DNA of 64,000 nt from an uncultured bacterium (GTDB lineage: Bacteria > Bacteroidota > Ignavibacteria > OLB7): NCBI GenBank assembly GCA_966128725.1, contig CBHYLN010000003.1, positions 17,177-81,176 on the forward strand. Reading direction: 5' to 3'. Below are positions 55,613 to 64,000 of this stretch, piece by piece (within the stretch, counting starts at the first letter, position 1; each line of letters opens with the position of its first letter). A model generated the notes under the pieces. The model was not told the DNA's origin and searched no databases. It saw only the letters and a program-made list of their open reading frames with translations. Both the position numbers and the translations under genes were made by a program.

Positions 55613-56326
55613 ATGTCACCACGGCGCATCGAACCGACCCGCGCGCGCACCGCTGGCGGCCAACAATGGGGGCCGTTTGGCGTTGCCCGGGCCGCATCAT
55701 CACCGGCATATGCCCGCGCATCGGTAACTTGGCGATCCATGACACCTGAACACGCAAAACCAGGCATTCCCTCGAAGGCCCACTACATCGTTATCGATCT
55801 GGAGGCCACCTGCTGGAACGACGACAGCCGTCGCGGCGACGGCGAGATCATCGAGATCGGCGCGGTACGGATGAACAGGGCAACCGGCGCGATCCTTGAT
55901 GAGTTCCAAACCTTCGTGCGCCCAACGCGCTACCCAAGGCTCAGTGATTTCTGTATCCGCCTTACATCGATTACACAGGCCGATGTGGATTCGGCGCCCA
56001 CGTTTTCGGCGGCGCTGGCGGAATTCACGGCATGGATTGGCGCCTCAACCACCGCTACGTTCTGCTCCTGGGGGGCGCTGGACCGATTCCTGCTGCGTCA
56101 GGCATGCCAGTTTCATCGCGTGGAGTTCCCCTTCGACGATGAGTACATCAACGTGAAGCCGGCGTTCAGCGACGTGTTCACCGGCCGCGGCGTCAGCATG
56201 GAACGCGCGCTTGAAATCGCCGAGATAGCCCCGGTTGGCACCAGGCACCGCGCGATCGACGACGCACGCAACGCCGCGCTGCTGTGGCAATGCGTGCTGC
56301 GCTACACCAGGCGCACACCCCGATAG
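55613..56326 (+). CDS. DEDDh 3'-5' exonuclease domain protein (ERI-1/KapD-like).
   Basis: Exo I motif (YIVIDLEATCW), Exo II (…EFTAWIG…CSWGALD) and Exo III (HRAIDDARNAALL). Start at ATG 55613 or 55739. Confidence 0.7.
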   Translation: MSPRRIEPTRARTAGGQQWGPFGVARAASSPAYARASVTWRSMTPEHAKPGIPSKAHYIVIDLEATCWNDDSRRGDGEIIEIGAVRMNRATGAILDEFQTFVRPTRYPRLSDFCIRLTSITQADVDSAPTFSAALAEFTAWIGASTTATFCSWGALDRFLLRQACQFHRVEFPFDDEYINVKPAFSDVFTGRGVSMERALEIAEIAPVGTRHRAIDDARNAALLWQCVLRYTRRTPR

Positions 56327-56377
56327 CCGAAGTTCGGCAACATCACCGGGCAACGCCATTCGTGCACGGCCCGCCGA

Positions 56378-56908
56378 TTACTCCACCGGCCGCACAAGCC
56401 GATCCACCATTCGCGGGTCGAGGTTGCTGTAGAACTCGATCGCATTCCGCTCCACCGGCTCGACGGTGGCGTACCCCGGGCGATACCCTGTAGGACGCAG
56501 TCCGAACCGTGCGAAGGCCCCAAGAAAGCTCTCCTGCCGGCGCACCAGATAACTTATCATCATCGGCTGCTGATCGTTGTATCGGCCAAGCACACGCATT
56601 GCATGCACAAGCTGCGCCAGCGACACGTTGAAGAATGGGGGATCGCAGACGATGAGACCAAATTCCTCACCCAACCAGTCCGGCCGTTCGAGATCGAAGT
56701 ACCGGAATCCCGGCAGATGTTCGAACCGGCGATCGATATCCAGAATGCGAACATCCACCCCCTGCCCTGCCAGCTCGGCGGCAAGCGTTGGCGCGCAGAT
56801 GCAGCAGGGCTTGCTGAATCCCGCCACAAATGCCGCAACAGCCCGAAGCGTTGGCTGGTCGAAGAAGTACTGCTCGTTTTCGTGAAGCTCGTGCATCGGG
56901 TATTGCAT
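56378..56908 (-). CDS. Putative N6-adenine/lysine methyltransferase-like protein (PF10237-like, DPPF motif).
   Basis: GLIVCDPPFFNVSL (motif IV-like). ATG at 56908. The upstream 90 codons of the ORF are Cys/Ala-rich and not protein-like. Confidence 0.45.
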   Translation of the reverse strand: MQYPMHELHENEQYFFDQPTLRAVAAFVAGFSKPCCICAPTLAAELAGQGVDVRILDIDRRFEHLPGFRYFDLERPDWLGEEFGLIVCDPPFFNVSLAQLVHAMRVLGRYNDQQPMMISYLVRRQESFLGAFARFGLRPTGYRPGYATVEPVERNAIEFYSNLDPRMVDRLVRPVE

Positions 56909-57144
56909 TACATGCGCAACGGCAGCGCTCTGGTGCCCGCAACGCGCGAAGATAATCAGCAATCCAGCCGAGGCACCAACATTCGGCACCGAACGGCACC
57001 CTCGCCACAAAACGGTACAACCTGGTGCAGAAAACGAAGGGGCGTATCTCATTACAAGACACGCCCCGTACAGGCTTGCGCAGCGCATATATGGCACCCG
57101 ATGATCGCGTGAATCGGCCTGCGGCATTCGCACGCCCGCGGCGA

Positions 57145-58185
57145 TCACTCCAGCTTGATGTAGTTGCGATGCACCCATTGGTCGGCGGCTTCACGGTCGC
57201 GGGTCTCGAACATTACGTTGTCCTTGGTTTCCTGGGTCACCACGCGCACCCGCTTGTTTACATCGCGCGATTCGGCCTTACCGGATGCCACGCTGCGCAG
57301 CACGGCCTGCACGGTATCGGCACTGGGCACATTCGTTGGCGCATCGGCGCGCTGCTCGGCGATCGCCTCGATGACCGCCGCGTTCAGCAGCTTGGGCCAC
57401 AACTTCTTGAACAGGGAAGCCGATGCATACACGTCGGCTGTGTTCACCTCACCGTTGATCGCAAACACGAACCCCACCACGTCGCTTTTGCCGTCGATCA
57501 CGCCCAGCAGATGCTTCACGTACGCGGCGGCACGTTCCTGCACTTTCTCGTTGGAGAGCGCAAGCTCCATGCTGCTCTCGGATTCGTCGCTGTTGACACG
57601 CTGGCCGACGTTCTCGCTCAGCTTCTTCTGCGTCTCGGCAACCTTGTTCCACACCTCACCCTGCTCGCGCGAATACTTGGCGGCCAGCCGCAGCGAACGC
57701 CCCGAAAGCTGATTGTTGGAGCTCTTGAATTCGGTTGAGGATTCCTGACCACGCTTGCTCCAGCGCCCGTGCTCCACACAGAACGAGGCAATCGGCACCC
57801 GGCCGGACTTCGGCGGCAGAATCAGATCGTACGAAAGCACGCGATCCTGGCGGCCGCCACGCACGATATCGCCCGACTGCACGAACACTTCACGATTGGG
57901 CGACTTGTTCTCGATGGCAAGCTCGTTTACCGAGCCGGTTTCGTACACGGCCACCACGTTCTTCTCGATCGCCTCCTGCAGCGTCAGGAACTGCTTGCCT
58001 TTCAACTGGTCCGCACCATGCACGAGGTAGATCGTGAGGTTGTCCTTGGTGTACGGACCCGACAGGCGGTACTGATGTGCCGACGCGTCGGCGGGCTGCG
58101 CATGCAGGCCCATGGCCAGGCACAGTGCGGCGATCAGTATGAAAACGGCGCTCGAGGTTCGGATCAGGTGTTCAACGGCATTCAT
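57145..58185 (-). CDS. Secreted hypothetical protein.
   Basis: Signal peptide (MNAVEHLIRTSSAVFILIAALCLAMGLHAQPADA). ATG at 58185 with AGGAGA RBS. 346 aa. Confidence 0.6.
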   Translation of the reverse strand: MNAVEHLIRTSSAVFILIAALCLAMGLHAQPADASAHQYRLSGPYTKDNLTIYLVHGADQLKGKQFLTLQEAIEKNVVAVYETGSVNELAIENKSPNREVFVQSGDIVRGGRQDRVLSYDLILPPKSGRVPIASFCVEHGRWSKRGQESSTEFKSSNNQLSGRSLRLAAKYSREQGEVWNKVAETQKKLSENVGQRVNSDESESSMELALSNEKVQERAAAYVKHLLGVIDGKSDVVGFVFAINGEVNTADVYASASLFKKLWPKLLNAAVIEAIAEQRADAPTNVPSADTVQAVLRSVASGKAESRDVNKRVRVVTQETKDNVMFETRDREAADQWVHRNYIKLE

Positions 58186-58517
58186 GGTTCGTCTCCTGTT
58201 AATACGTTCGGCAGCCCGCAACCCGGGCGCATGTACGGGCCGAACAATACAACCCCCCGCCCCATGCCGCAGTGCGCGGAACAGGGCGTGGCCGTTGGAA
58301 TGTGTTCGGCTGATTAGGCTGTGTTTGGCGCGGTTGAATACCGCATGGTGGGAAGACGCCGTGAGAATTGGGTGTAACAGCCCCGCCCATCGTCCGTATC
58401 GGTTTTCGCGTTTGGCGGCTGCGCGTATCTTTGCCGCCTGTTGCGCCAGCGTTGACGGGATGTAGAACCGGACCGCTCGCGACAAAACTCCCTGCTCACA
58501 CTGCCTGATTGGATTCT

Positions 58518-59297
58518 ATGCTCGAACTGTTTACCGAGCCCGCAGTACTTGCGAGCCTTGCCGCGCTCACGGTTATGGAAATCGTGCTTGGCGTGGACAA
58601 CATCATCTTCATCTCCATCCTGGCTTCGCGCCTGCCGAACGAAACGCGGTCGAAGGCACGCATGCTGGGTCTGATCCTTGCAGGCGCTATCCGCGTTGCG
58701 CTGATCTTCATGATCGGATGGATCATCGGCCTGGAACACCCGCTGTTCAGCATGTTTGACCATGCCATCTCCGGTCGCGACCTGATTCTGCTGGGCGGCG
58801 GCATCTTCCTGGTGTACAAGGCCACGAAGGAGATCTATCACAAGCTGGAAGGGCCCGACGATGCCGATGCCGGCGCAAAGGCACACGAGAGTTTCCTGCA
58901 GACAGTGGTACAGATCTCGCTGCTCAACCTCGTGTTCTCGCTGGACTCGATCGTTACCGCCGTTGGCATGACCGATCATGTGGAGGTGATGATCGTGGCG
59001 GTGGTTATTTCGCTGGGCTTCATGTTCTGGGTAGGCCGCCCGGTTGGCGATTTCGTGATGCGCCACCCCAGCGTGAAGATGCTGGCTCTGTCATTCCTGC
59101 TGTTGATCGGCGTATCGTTGGGCGCCGAGGCATTCCACAGCACCATCCCCAAGCCGTACCTGTATTCGGCGATGGCCTTCAGCGTGTTCGTGGAGATGCT
59201 GAATATCGCCTCGAAGCGACGCAAGCAGCGCAAGGCGGATATGCTGGAGCCCGTGCATCTTCGGCAGAACGTGGTGGGAATGAACCTGGACAAGTAA
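58518..59297 (+). CDS. TerC-family integral membrane protein.
   Basis: Seven predicted TM helices and TerC motifs (MEIVLGVDNIIFISIL…; VFSLDSIVTAVGMT). Confidence 0.85.
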   Translation: MLELFTEPAVLASLAALTVMEIVLGVDNIIFISILASRLPNETRSKARMLGLILAGAIRVALIFMIGWIIGLEHPLFSMFDHAISGRDLILLGGGIFLVYKATKEIYHKLEGPDDADAGAKAHESFLQTVVQISLLNLVFSLDSIVTAVGMTDHVEVMIVAVVISLGFMFWVGRPVGDFVMRHPSVKMLALSFLLLIGVSLGAEAFHSTIPKPYLYSAMAFSVFVEMLNIASKRRKQRKADMLEPVHLRQNVVGMNLDK

Positions 59298-59397
59298 CGT
59301 CGTCCACTCCAGGCACAATAACACGCCCAACAACACAAAGGGGAGCATCATGCTCCCCTTTTGCATTCAACCGGGCGGCGTTGCGCCTGCCGGCACA

Positions 59398-60378
59398 TCA
59401 ACCTTCCGCAGGGTCCGGGTTTGGCTTGCGATACACCACGAAGAACGTTGCCCCCTTGCCGGGATTGCGACGCAGCAGCCATCGGTCGTAGGATCGCAGC
59501 AGCGGCGCATCACCAAACTTGATCGAGAGCAGGCTCATCGGGTGGTAGGTCTCGTACTCCACAAGCTCGTAGTGGGGCAGCAGACGGTTGCCGTAAAACC
59601 CCTCGGCATCGCGGATATCGGTGATCAGGGCAACTTCGGCAAGGCGAAGCGGCTTGGTGATCAGGCCTTCGGCGAACAACGTGCCGTTGATCCGCTGCAT
59701 CATGGCATCCACCACGTGGCGTTTTGCCGGGCGAATCATGTAGTACAGCTTCTCGACCGCCGAGCGTAGTCCGGTTTTCAACAGTACGTCCTTCACCACA
59801 TTCTTTGGGATGAAGAATCCGCGCAACAGCGCGTAGTTCCACCGCAACAGGGCCGAATCGCTGAATGCACGATTCGGTTCGTGGCCGATCATCACAAGGC
59901 CACCGGGCCGTAGAACCCTGTTGATCTCATCCAGGAATGCCGCGGTTTCCTTCACATGGTGCAGCACCGAGTTCATCGTCACCACATCGGCCGAGGCATC
60001 GGCAAACGGCAGCCGGTACGGCACCGAGCGTTCGATCTTCACGAAATCAAGCTGCGGCGGCATCGCCAGGCGCGTAAGATTGCGGCGCGCAACCTCCAGC
60101 ATGCCGGCCGAGAGATCCGCGCAAACAAGACGGTCGTGCGGCCTGAGCACGGGACCAACCGACATCCCGACCAGACCGGCGCCACTGCCGATGTCGACAA
60201 CAACGGCCGGCCTGTTGGCATCGATCAGCCGTTGCGCGCGATCGCGCCACCGCTGACCTTCACGCCCCAACATCTCCTCATGCACATCGTGATAGTCCTC
60301 CTGTTCATTATCGTAGAACAGTTCGTTGACACGCAGTACCAGAGGCTCGCTATAACGCTCGGCCAGATTCACCGACAC
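59398..60378 (-). CDS. Class I SAM-dependent methyltransferase.
   Basis: Motif I VVDIGSGAGL, then LVCADLS and DVVTMNSVLHHV, then post-I GGLVMIGHEP. Confidence 0.8.
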   Translation of the reverse strand: MSVNLAERYSEPLVLRVNELFYDNEQEDYHDVHEEMLGREGQRWRDRAQRLIDANRPAVVVDIGSGAGLVGMSVGPVLRPHDRLVCADLSAGMLEVARRNLTRLAMPPQLDFVKIERSVPYRLPFADASADVVTMNSVLHHVKETAAFLDEINRVLRPGGLVMIGHEPNRAFSDSALLRWNYALLRGFFIPKNVVKDVLLKTGLRSAVEKLYYMIRPAKRHVVDAMMQRINGTLFAEGLITKPLRLAEVALITDIRDAEGFYGNRLLPHYELVEYETYHPMSLLSIKFGDAPLLRSYDRWLLRRNPGKGATFFVVYRKPNPDPAEG

Positions 60379-60565
60379 TTATGCTTCCGTTGATGTGGAA
60401 CATCGCGGCACCGGCGCAATCCCGGGCCTGTGAACCCTATGAACAACGGCGGCAGCCACGGACACCCGCTGCTGCCGCCAACATCCTCGTCAATTGAACT
60501 GATTTCCCGGGGGCTATCCAGGCACGGGCTGCCGCATGCAACAGCCCGCGTTGCGCAACCGTGTG

Positions 60566-62458
60566 CTATCCCCGAACGCGCTTGCGTTTCGGTTTCGCTT
60601 CGGCTGGCGTGGCCACTCGAACCTCGGGCATCGGGACATCCTGTGCCGTTGCAGCCGGTCCGTTGCCGTTGAGACCCGGCAGGTCGTCACGAATCTCCTG
60701 AACAGGCATCGCCTTCGCCTTGGCCGGCGTTGACGAACCTTTCTTGGCCGCGCCGCCGGCAACTCCTTTCCGGGCCCCCTTCACCAATCGCCCCGAGGCG
60801 CCGTTGCGGTGCGCCATCGCGGCCGCCACAAACGCCTTGAACAACGGGTGCGGCGCCATCAGCCGTGACTTCAGTTCCGGATGGAACTGGCACCCCACGA
60901 ACCACGGATGGCCGGGGATTTCCACGATCTCCACCAATCGTCCATCGGGCGACAGGCCACTCAGCAGCAGCCCCTTTTCGGCAAGCATGTCGCGGAACGC
61001 GTTGTTGACCTCGTAGCGATGGCGATGGCGTTCGGTAATGAACTGCTCGCGATACGCCGCAAGGGTTTTCGTACGCTTTGTGATGATGCACGGATACGAT
61101 CCCAGGCGCATCGTGCCGCCCTTGTCCTTCACGTCCTTCTGGTCGTGCATGAGATCGATCACCATATGTTCGCCGCGCGCGAACTCGCTGGAGTTTGCAT
61201 CGGCCAGGCCGCACACGTTGCGGGCGTACTCGATCACCGCGCACTGCATCCCAAGGCAGATGCCGAAGAACGGAATACCACGTTCGCGAACAAAGCGGAT
61301 TGCGCGAATCTTCCCTTCCACGCCGCGCGACCCGAAGCCGGGCGCAACCAGCAGACCATCCAGCCCGGCAAGCGCCGTCCTGACATCGGCCTCGGAGTGC
61401 AGCGTTTCGCTGTCCACCCAGTGCAGGTCCACGTGGACGTTGTTGGCGGCGCCGGCATGAATGAACGATTCGATGATGGACTTGTACGCATCCTGATACT
61501 GCGTGTACTTGCCGCAGATGCCGATGCGAAGTTCGCCATTGCTGGGCTGCTTGATGCGCCGCACCAGATTGGCCCACTGCTTCATGTCGGGTTCCGGAGC
61601 GGCAAACCCGAACTTGCGCATGACGATGTCGTCCAGCCCCTGCTGCGCGTAGATAAGCGGCACTTCGTAGATGGTGCTGACGTCACGGGCCTCCACCACG
61701 GCATCGCGATCCACGTTGCAGAACAGCGCGATCTTCTCGCGGATATCCTTGGTAAGCCGATGCTCGGACCGGCAGACAAGGATATTGGGTTGAATGCCGA
61801 GCTCCAGCAGCATCTTCACCGAGTGCTGGGTTGGCTTGGTTTTCAGCTCGCCAGCCGCCTTGATGAACGGAACGTAGGTGAGGTGGATGTGCAGCGTGTT
61901 ATCGCGCCCAAGCTTACGATCCAACTGGCGGGTGGCCTCCATGAACGGCAACGACTCGATGTCGCCAACGGTGCCGCCAATCTCGATCAGGATGATATCG
62001 TAGGCGCCCGAATTGCCCAGATCGGTCATCCGGCGGGCAATTTCGTCGGTAATGTGAGGGATTACCTGAACGGTCTTGCCCAGATAGTCGCCACGACGCT
62101 CCTTGGTGATAACCTCATAATACACCTGCCCCGTGGTGGTGTTGTTCTTCTGGGTCATCGACTGGTTCAGGAAGCGCTCGTAGTGGCCGAGGTCCAGATC
62201 CGTCTCGGCGCCGTCCTCGGTAACGTACACTTCGCCGTGCTGATACGGCGACATCGTGCCCGGGTCAACGTTGATGTAGGGATCGAACTTCTGAATTGTC
62301 ACGCGAAGGCCACGGGCCTTCAGCAACAATGCAAGCGACGCCGAGGTTATTCCCTTCCCCAACGAGGAAAGAACACCACCGGTAATAAAGATGTATTTGG
62401 CCGTACCATTCCCACCCTTGGTGGAAACAGCTGCCTGAGAGGAAGTCTGAGCTGCCAC
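60566..62458 (-). CDS. pyrG: CTP synthase (glutamine-hydrolysing) with a basic Ala/Lys/Pro-rich C-terminal extension.
   Basis: …[22 protein letters not shown]… synthetase domain and GATase domain (…GICLGMQ…). No in-frame ATG near the conserved N-terminus: a GTG at 62458 gives MAAQTSS…TAKYIF, and the ORF-track TTG at 62527 is the alternative. About 90 aa of low-complexity tail follow the conserved end. Confidence 0.9.
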   Translation of the reverse strand: MAAQTSSQAAVSTKGGNGTAKYIFITGGVLSSLGKGITSASLALLLKARGLRVTIQKFDPYINVDPGTMSPYQHGEVYVTEDGAETDLDLGHYERFLNQSMTQKNNTTTGQVYYEVITKERRGDYLGKTVQVIPHITDEIARRMTDLGNSGAYDIILIEIGGTVGDIESLPFMEATRQLDRKLGRDNTLHIHLTYVPFIKAAGELKTKPTQHSVKMLLELGIQPNILVCRSEHRLTKDIREKIALFCNVDRDAVVEARDVSTIYEVPLIYAQQGLDDIVMRKFGFAAPEPDMKQWANLVRRIKQPSNGELRIGICGKYTQYQDAYKSIIESFIHAGAANNVHVDLHWVDSETLHSEADVRTALAGLDGLLVAPGFGSRGVEGKIRAIRFVRERGIPFFGICLGMQCAVIEYARNVCGLADANSSEFARGEHMVIDLMHDQKDVKDKGGTMRLGSYPCIITKRTKTLAAYREQFITERHRHRYEVNNAFRDMLAEKGLLLSGLSPDGRLVEIVEIPGHPWFVGCQFHPELKSRLMAPHPLFKAFVAAAMAHRNGASGRLVKGARKGVAGGAAKKGSSTPAKAKAMPVQEIRDDLPGLNGNGPAATAQDVPMPEVRVATPAEAKPKRKRVRG

Positions 62459-62883
62459 TGTGCCGCGACGATCGTGTTCGGAATTGAGAGGAGACTCCGG
62501 AGAGCGGGCTCGGATGCAGGACCACAAAAATCCAGCGGCAACCGGTTGCAGGAAGGCGAAACCGGAGGAACGTATGGACTGCAGACGTGCGGAAATGTAC
62601 CGTGCCGTTGTAGGGAGCGCAACTTAGCGAAAGTTGACCAAACGACCGACCGGACGGTGTAACGATCGGACAAAAAAGCGGAATATTCTGGATGTGATGG
62701 GCAGGTGCAGGCACGAAGGCTGGGCGTGCCTGCCAACACCGGGGCCGGGCCGGACGGTTGAAACCCGCACCTCGTTCGATGGCGGCGGCAGGCCGATGGC
62801 TCAGAATGACAACTTGTGGATTCACCGCGGCATACGGCGCGGCCGTGGAGCAACCGCATGCAACGCTGCGGCTGGGCGCGGGA

Positions 62884-63471
62884 TCAACCGATTTCGATCC
62901 GCTTCCCCCCCTTTTCGATCACGATCCGGCCGGCCTTGCCGTCAATCGTGACGCTCTTGTCGCCGGTGCCGATGCGGAACTCGCGCGCATCGCGCTTGCG
63001 CTGCCGCGCCTCGCGCTCGAGCATCCGGCGCGCGCCACGCTCCACATCGCGATCCTTCGGAAAGAACGTATCGGAGGCATCGAACAACAACCCGATCCCC
63101 CACGAGAAGAGCACCCAATAGAACCAGGTCCCATCGCTGACGGCAATGTCGAGCAACAGGAGCATCACGTTAATGATGGCATAGGTCCGAAGGTGGTCGA
63201 AGAACTTCTTCTTGCGCTGCAGCTTCCACTTCTCGCGCGCCGCCTCGATCTGCCCAACTTCATCCTGTTCGCTGAGCACGGCCTCCACCTGAGCCGGATC
63301 GATGCCCAGCTCCCGGGCCGTTTCCACAAGGTCGTTATAGTTCAACGCACCCGGGGATGCGCCACCCTGGCGTTCCAATGCACGGCGCAGGATGGAGTTC
63401 ACCTCATCAGGGGTGAAACGGCGTGAGGACTGTTCAGGTGTCATAATGGGAATCGAAGTGCTTGGCATCAT
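62884..63471 (-). CDS. 2TM-domain (PF13239-like) membrane protein.
   Basis: …FFDHLRTYAIINVMLLLLDIAVSDGTWFYWVLFSWGIGLLFDA… is a paired-TM 2TM motif flanked by charged regions. Confidence 0.6.
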   Translation of the reverse strand: MMPSTSIPIMTPEQSSRRFTPDEVNSILRRALERQGGASPGALNYNDLVETARELGIDPAQVEAVLSEQDEVGQIEAAREKWKLQRKKKFFDHLRTYAIINVMLLLLDIAVSDGTWFYWVLFSWGIGLLFDASDTFFPKDRDVERGARRMLEREARQRKRDAREFRIGTGDKSVTIDGKAGRIVIEKGGKRIEIG

Positions 63472-63589
63472 AGCGCAGGTGTAACGTACGCCTCAGCCAC
63501 AGGTTTCAATCGATCAAAACGAACCGCCATTTACGAACCGAGCGTGTCGCGTGCGATCGGCGGACACGTGACAGGCGAAGTGGACGACA

Positions 63590-64000
63590 TTACGAAGTCT
63601 GGATTGCGAGCGTCGCCACCACGGGCGCATGATCGCTGGTCCCGAACGCACGATGCACAACGCAGGACTGGGCCTGAAGCGCCAGCGCATCCGCTGCAAA
63701 AATATAATCGATCCGCCACCCCAGGTTCCGCTGCCGTGCAACCTTCCAGGGCGGCCACCACGTGAACAACCGATCATTATCGGGATCCAGCCTGCGGGCG
63801 ATATCCACCAAACCGCCGCCGATCATGCCGGCCATCAACGCCCGCTCCTGCGGGCGCGTGCCGATGATATCCGGCTTGTTCTGCGATGGATGGATATCCC
63901 GGTCGGTAAGCGCCACGTTCATGTCGCCGCAAAGCACCATCGCCAGCCCCGCATCGCGTGCGGATGCCACATATCCCTGCATTGCGGTAAGGAAGGCGAT
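63590..64000 (-). CDS. xth: Exodeoxyribonuclease III, C-terminal fragment (5' end lies outside the window).
   Basis: …LVLCGDMNVA…GWRIDYIFAA…SDHAPVVATL matches the EEP-family C-terminal catalytic motifs. The ORF runs to the window edge. Confidence 0.8.
   Translation of the reverse strand: MAFLTAMQGYVASARDAGLAMVLCGDMNVALTDRDIHPSQNKPDIIGTRPQERALMAGMIGGGLVDIARRLDPDNDRLFTWWPPWKVARQRNLGWRIDYIFAADALALQAQSCVVHRAFGTSDHAPVVATLAIQTS

Noticed and set aside
56909-57178. N-terminal 90 codons of ORF 56378..57178.
   Set aside because: Cys/Ala-rich segment overlapping the convergent secreted-protein gene. The conserved MTase-like part starts at ATG 56908.
1-64000. Search for CRISPR arrays, tRNA/rRNA/tmRNA genes, transposases, integrases and phage genes.
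   Set aside because: No regularly spaced direct repeats, no tRNA-like T-arm/acceptor signatures (GGTTCGAnTCC…CCA), and no recognisable mobile-element proteins were found by eye. The region looks like core chromosome.

Overview
This is a 64-kb, high-GC (about 63-66%), gene-dense chromosomal segment. Four large secreted proteins end in Por/T9SS C-terminal sorting domains. Together with Shine-Dalgarno-type RBSs (AGGAGA) this points to a high-GC member of the Fibrobacteres-Chlorobi-Bacteroidetes superphylum, such as a Rhodothermaeota-like lineage, rather than classical Bacteroidia. About 50 protein-coding genes are supported.

Housekeeping and repair genes:
- leuS (3' end only), mutS, pdxJ
- a NifS/IscS-type cysteine desulfurase
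- a B12-binding plus activation-domain-only MetH
- a UvrD-family helicase fused to an Fe-S PD-(D/E)XK nuclease
- mrcA (PBP1A), dapD, lexA, radA, pyrG, xth (3' end only)

Carotenoid and lipid genes: crtB (phytoene synthase), a CrtA-like protein and a membrane desaturase.

Envelope and secretion genes: a minus-strand operon of T9SS cargo, OmpA, a YVTN beta-propeller lipoprotein and an LVIVD T9SS cargo; a PLD-family lipoprotein; a lytic transglycosylase; a PpiC-type PPIase; a RodZ-like protein; TerC.

Regulators: a LuxR-family protein and a GAF-PP2C phosphatase.

No rRNA, tRNA, CRISPR array or mobile element was recognised.

Non-coding signals worth noting:
- a recurrent palindrome AAAAAG(T/C)ACCC-N4-GGGTACTTT, seen twice
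- a candidate small-RNA unit (sigma70-like promoter plus palindromic terminator) in a 527-nt gap
- a (TC)n microsatellite abutting the mutS start
- a thioredoxin gene that appears frameshifted at its CxxC motif
- a 12-mer shared by the radA and helicase-nuclease upstream regions

Several strong intrinsic-terminator hairpins sit between convergent genes. Many long antisense ORFs in the six-frame track are GC-driven artefacts and were rejected.
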